Positions 43,619-46,915 of a DNA stretch of 46,915 nucleotides are shown here, in pieces. The DNA is taken from positions 1-46,915 of the forward strand of contig JAWSUI010000030.1 of the NCBI GenBank assembly GCA_033551855.1. The letters are read 5' to 3'. The stretch is from Deferrisomatales bacterium (GTDB lineage Bacteria > Desulfobacterota > Deferrisomatia > Deferrisomatales > JACRMM01). Made by a program: the position numbers and the translations under genes. Numbering within the stretch: position 1 is the first letter of the stretch; the number at the start of each line of letters is the position of its first letter. Under the pieces are notes generated by a model. It was not told where the DNA came from. It was given only the letters and a program-made list of their open reading frames with translations, and did no database searches.

Positions 43619-44770
43619 ATGGGAGGCAGGAGTAGGGGGGAGCGCACCGACCTGGCTCCCTACGCGGCTCGGAGCAGGACCAGCCGAGGCAGGGAGCACC
43701 CCGAGGTCCCCAAGGACGGGCGTCCGGCGTATGAACGGGACCGGGACCGGGTGATCCACAGCGCGGCCTTCCGCCGCCTGGAGTACAAGACCCAGGTCTT
43801 CGTGAACCACGAAGGCGACTACTACCGGACCCGGCTCACCCACAGCCTCGAGGTGGCCCAGATCGCCCGGGGCCTCGCCCGCAGGCTGGGGTTGAACGAG
43901 GAGTTGGCGGAAGCCCTGGCCCTGGCCCACGACCTGGGGCACACGCCCTTCGGCCACAGCGGCGAAGCGGTGTTGGACCGCCTCATGGCGGACCATGGGG
44001 GGTTCGAGCACAACGTCCAGGGCCTGCGGGTCGTCACGGAGCTCGAGGAGCGGTATCCGGACTTCCCGGGACTGAACCTGACGTGGGAGCTCCGGGAGGG
44101 CATCGTCAAACACTCCTCCAGTTGGGATTCCCCCCAGGCAGACGCGCTGCAGGTCTACGAGCCGGCGCTGCAGCCCACCCTGGAGGCCCAGCTCATCGAC
44201 CTGGCGGACGAGATCGCCTACAATAACCACGATATCGACGACGGTTTGGAGGCAGGCTTCCTCGCCTGGGACGAACTCATGGGGGTGCGGCTGTGGCGGG
44301 AGACCTGGGACGCGGTCCAGGCCAAGCATCCGGGGTTGGGGGGGCGTCGGGCCGTCTACCAGACCATCAGTCACCTCATCGGGCGGATGATGGAGGACCT
44401 GGTGGGCGCCACCGGGGAGGCACTGGCCGAGACCGGGGTCGAGACACTGGAGGACGTGAGGCACGCGGGCCGGCGCCTAGTCGTGCGCTCGCGGGAGATG
44501 GCGGCGCAAAACCGGGAGCTCAAGGATTTCCTCGCGGCCCGCCTATACAGCCATCCGAAGGTTGCGGCAATGGGGTTCAAGGCGGAGCGCTTCCTGGAAG
44601 AGCTCTTCCAGGCCTACGTCGCGCGACCGGACCTCCTCGACCCGGATTCCCGGGCCCGGGCGGGGCGCCGGGGGCTGTACCGGGTCGTGTGCGACCGCGT
44701 CGCCGGCATGACGGACAGGAGCTGCCTGGAAGAGTACCGGCGGCTCTTCGACCCGTACGTCAAGGTGTGA
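43619..44770 (+). CDS. dgt: Deoxyguanosinetriphosphate triphosphohydrolase
   Basis: RDRDRVIHSAAFRRLEYKTQVF, RTRLTHSLEV, HDLGHTPFGH.GE, ADEIAY..HDIDD and D.VAGMTD. Confidence 0.95.
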   Translation: MGGRSRGERTDLAPYAARSRTSRGREHPEVPKDGRPAYERDRDRVIHSAAFRRLEYKTQVFVNHEGDYYRTRLTHSLEVAQIARGLARRLGLNEELAEALALAHDLGHTPFGHSGEAVLDRLMADHGGFEHNVQGLRVVTELEERYPDFPGLNLTWELREGIVKHSSSWDSPQADALQVYEPALQPTLEAQLIDLADEIAYNNHDIDDGLEAGFLAWDELMGVRLWRETWDAVQAKHPGLGGRRAVYQTISHLIGRMMEDLVGATGEALAETGVETLEDVRHAGRRLVVRSREMAAQNRELKDFLAARLYSHPKVAAMGFKAERFLEELFQAYVARPDLLDPDSRARAGRRGLYRVVCDRVAGMTDRSCLEEYRRLFDPYVKV

Positions 44771-44781
44771 GAGGGCGCTGC

Positions 44782-45696
44782 GTGGAGGCCACGGCGGGCC
44801 CGGCGCCGACTCTGGCACATCGGCTCCAGCACGCGGGGTTGCGACTCCTGGAGGAGTCGGTCTCCCGCCTGCGGTGGGAGCAGCGCCTCCGGGTGGGGCG
44901 GCTCCTGGGCGGGATCTGGCACGCCGTAGACGCCCCGCACCGAAAGGTGGCGAGGGAGAACGCGGGGCGGGCGTTCCCGGATTGGGGTGCCTCGGACGTC
45001 TCGGCGCTCGTCCGGCGCAACTTCGCCCACCTGGGAGAGACGGCGGCAGAGTCCGTGGGCCTGGCCCGTACCGACCGGGAGGAGCTTCTGGCGCGCTGCC
45101 GTTTCGAGGGGCTCGAACACCTCGAGGCGGCCCTGGGCCAAGGCCGGGGAGCCCTGGTCCTCACGGCGCACCTGGGAAACTGGGAGCTGGCCGGCCTGGC
45201 GATGTCCGCGCGCGGATACCCCTTTTTCGCCGTGGGGCGCCGGCAGGCCAACCCCCTGATCGATCGACGGGTCACCCGCCTGCGGGAGTCCTTCGGGGGC
45301 CGGCTCATCCACCATCGCGAAGCCGTGCGGCCCGTTCTTCGGGCCCTGCGGGTGGGGGGGGTGGTGGCCTTCCTCATGGACCAGCGGGCCTCGAGCCGCG
45401 AAGGCGTGCGCAGCCGGTTCTTCGGCCGCCCCGTGGCCACCAACCAGGGGCTGGCGCTTCTGGCCCTCAAGACCGGCGCGCCCGTGGTCCCTGGTTTCGG
45501 CGAGAGGGTGGGGGCACGGCACGTGATCCGGGTGGGGACGCCGGTTCCTCCTCCCACGGGGGGCTCGCGGGAGGAGCAGGTGAGGCGGTACACCGAGGCC
45601 TTCGACGCCGCCATCGAGGCGGCCGTGCTGCGTCGACCCGAGCAGTGGTTCTGGGTCCACCGGCGCTGGCGCCTCCCGCGCAACTGGGAGCCATGA
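44782..45696 (+). CDS. Lipid A biosynthesis acyltransferase (LpxL/HtrB family)
   Basis: GLEHL..AL..GRG.L.LTAHLGNWE, FLMDQ, FFGRP.AT and PEQWFWVHRRW. Confidence 0.9.
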   Translation: MEATAGPAPTLAHRLQHAGLRLLEESVSRLRWEQRLRVGRLLGGIWHAVDAPHRKVARENAGRAFPDWGASDVSALVRRNFAHLGETAAESVGLARTDREELLARCRFEGLEHLEAALGQGRGALVLTAHLGNWELAGLAMSARGYPFFAVGRRQANPLIDRRVTRLRESFGGRLIHHREAVRPVLRALRVGGVVAFLMDQRASSREGVRSRFFGRPVATNQGLALLALKTGAPVVPGFGERVGARHVIRVGTPVPPPTGGSREEQVRRYTEAFDAAIEAAVLRRPEQWFWVHRRWRLPRNWEP

Positions 45697-46241
45697 GGAA
45701 GGCCGTCTTCCTCGACCGGGACGGCACGCTCATCCGGGAAGTGGGCTACCTCTCGGATCTGGAGGCCCTGGAGCTTCTGCCGGGGGCGGCGGCGGCGCTT
45801 CGACGCCTGGGCGAGGCCGGGTACCTGCGGCTCGTGGTGACCAACCAGTCCGGGGTGGCCCGGGGGTACTTCGACGAGGCCTTCGTGGAGGCGACCCATC
45901 GGGAGCTTCTGCGCCGCCTGCGGGAGCACGGCGCCGACGTGGAGGCTTTCTACGTGTGCCCGCACCACCCCGACTTCACCGGAGCGTGCGCGTGCCGGAA
46001 GCCGAACCCGGGGCTCGTGCTGCGCGCCGCCCGGGAGTGGGGGGTGGACCTGGCTTCGTCGTGGGTCATCGGCGACAAGCCCGCCGACGTGGAGGCGGGG
46101 CGGCGGGCGGGTTGCCGAACGGCACTGGTGCGGACCGGGTACGGCGAGGAGACCGAAGCGGAACTGGCCGCGGCGGGGCGACGGGCCGACGTTCTGGCGG
46201 CCGACCTGGCGGCGGCCGTGGAAGAGATCCTGGCATCGTGA
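45693..46241 (+). CDS. gmhB: D-glycero-D-manno-heptose 1,7-bisphosphate phosphatase
   Basis: AVFLDRDGTL, VVTNQSGVARG, CPHHP...CACRKP.PG and IGDK..DV.AG; ATGA-coupled. Confidence 0.92.
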   Translation: MRKAVFLDRDGTLIREVGYLSDLEALELLPGAAAALRRLGEAGYLRLVVTNQSGVARGYFDEAFVEATHRELLRRLREHGADVEAFYVCPHHPDFTGACACRKPNPGLVLRAAREWGVDLASSWVIGDKPADVEAGRRAGCRTALVRTGYGEETEAELAAAGRRADVLAADLAAAVEEILAS

Positions 46242-46295
46242 CGGGAGGTCACGGCGCGGGTTGCCCGCACACTGTGAGAGCGCAGGGGAGTCGGA

Positions 46296-46865
46296 GTGGT
46301 GAACGACATCGGCAGGGTGGACGAGACCACGTGGTTCTTTCGGAATGTCGTCAGGCGACGGGTGCAGTGGGGGTTCGGCGCGGGAGCCGTGTTCCTGCTC
46401 TTTGCCTCGCCAAGCGCGGCCAGCGTGTTTTGGGGTTTCTGGGTCGCGCTGGTCGGTGCGGCGCTGCGTACCTGGGCGTCCGGTACCATCGTGAAGAACG
46501 AGGAGTTGACCACCGACGGGCCCTACCGGCTGACCCGCAACCCCCTGTACGTCGGGAATTTCCTGATCGGGCTCGGGGTCGCGGTCATGGGGGGCAGGCT
46601 CTTGCTGGTCGCCTTGTTCCTCCTCCTCTTCCTGCCCGTGTACCACGCCCTGGTGCGCAAGGAGGAGAAACGGCTGTCCGAACGGTACGAGGAGGCGTTT
46701 TTCGCTTACTGCAAGGACGTGCCGAGATTCATTCCGAAAATCAAGGCCTGGCCCCCGCCCGCCGCTCCGTATGACCCGCAACGCATGTGGACCGTCCACC
46801 GGGAGTGGCGTGCGTGGCTCGGCCTCTATGCGGCCACCTTGTATCTGCTTCTGCGGGCCGTCTAG
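46296..46865 (+). CDS. Isoprenylcysteine carboxyl methyltransferase / phospholipid methyltransferase family membrane protein
   Basis: LRTWASG.I.K...L.T.GPY...RNPLYVG...EE..L...Y...F..Y...VPRF.P. Confidence 0.85.
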   Translation: MVNDIGRVDETTWFFRNVVRRRVQWGFGAGAVFLLFASPSAASVFWGFWVALVGAALRTWASGTIVKNEELTTDGPYRLTRNPLYVGNFLIGLGVAVMGGRLLLVALFLLLFLPVYHALVRKEEKRLSERYEEAFFAYCKDVPRFIPKIKAWPPPAAPYDPQRMWTVHREWRAWLGLYAATLYLLLRAV

Positions 46866-46915
46866 AAGTCCTTGGGGGGTGAAGATCTTGAAAGACGAGT
46901 CAAGTTTTTACGCTG

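Overview
High-GC (visually about 70%) bacterial chromosomal segment. The gene content (headless nuo cluster with extra antiporter subunits, CoA-dehydratase activase, neelaredoxin-type superoxide reductase, lipid A/heptose genes) suggests an anaerobic Gram-negative deltaproteobacterial-type organism; this is inference. Left to right: the 3' part of an HD-domain CCA-adding enzyme; FNR-like, glycine-zipper, B3/4, nitroreductase and SDR genes; a two-gene 2-hydroxyacyl-CoA dehydratase activase system; a yefM-yoeB toxin-antitoxin pair; a mobile-element scar region in which an acyl-CoA ligase lies between two direct copies of a transposase 3'-end remnant, one split by a ~150 bp MITE-like element; a secreted DUF4412-like protein; a minus-strand complex I-like operon (nuoA-B-C-D-H-I-J-K, two antiporter-like genes around a small membrane gene, nuoM, nuoN; no nuoEFG); a Ca/Na antiporter; a Tat-signal dioxygenase-like gene; a PAS kinase/NarL pair; a stand-alone glutamate-synthase FMN-domain protein; a glucosaminidase; a MidA-type methyltransferase; recR; a THUMP methyltransferase; a HAMP-GGDEF plus lipoprotein pair; tpx; SOR; MaoC; comEA; lexA; dgt; lpxL-like, gmhB and ICMT-like genes. 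The most notable observations are the four-antiporter complex I with a His-rich NuoM and heptamer arrays in its gaps, a GlrK/QseG-like c-di-GMP module, a promoter-bounded structured intergenic RNA candidate, a duplicated ~100 bp leader element, a MITE family, and a motif shared by the lexA and comEA promoters. No rRNA, tRNA or CRISPR array was recognised.
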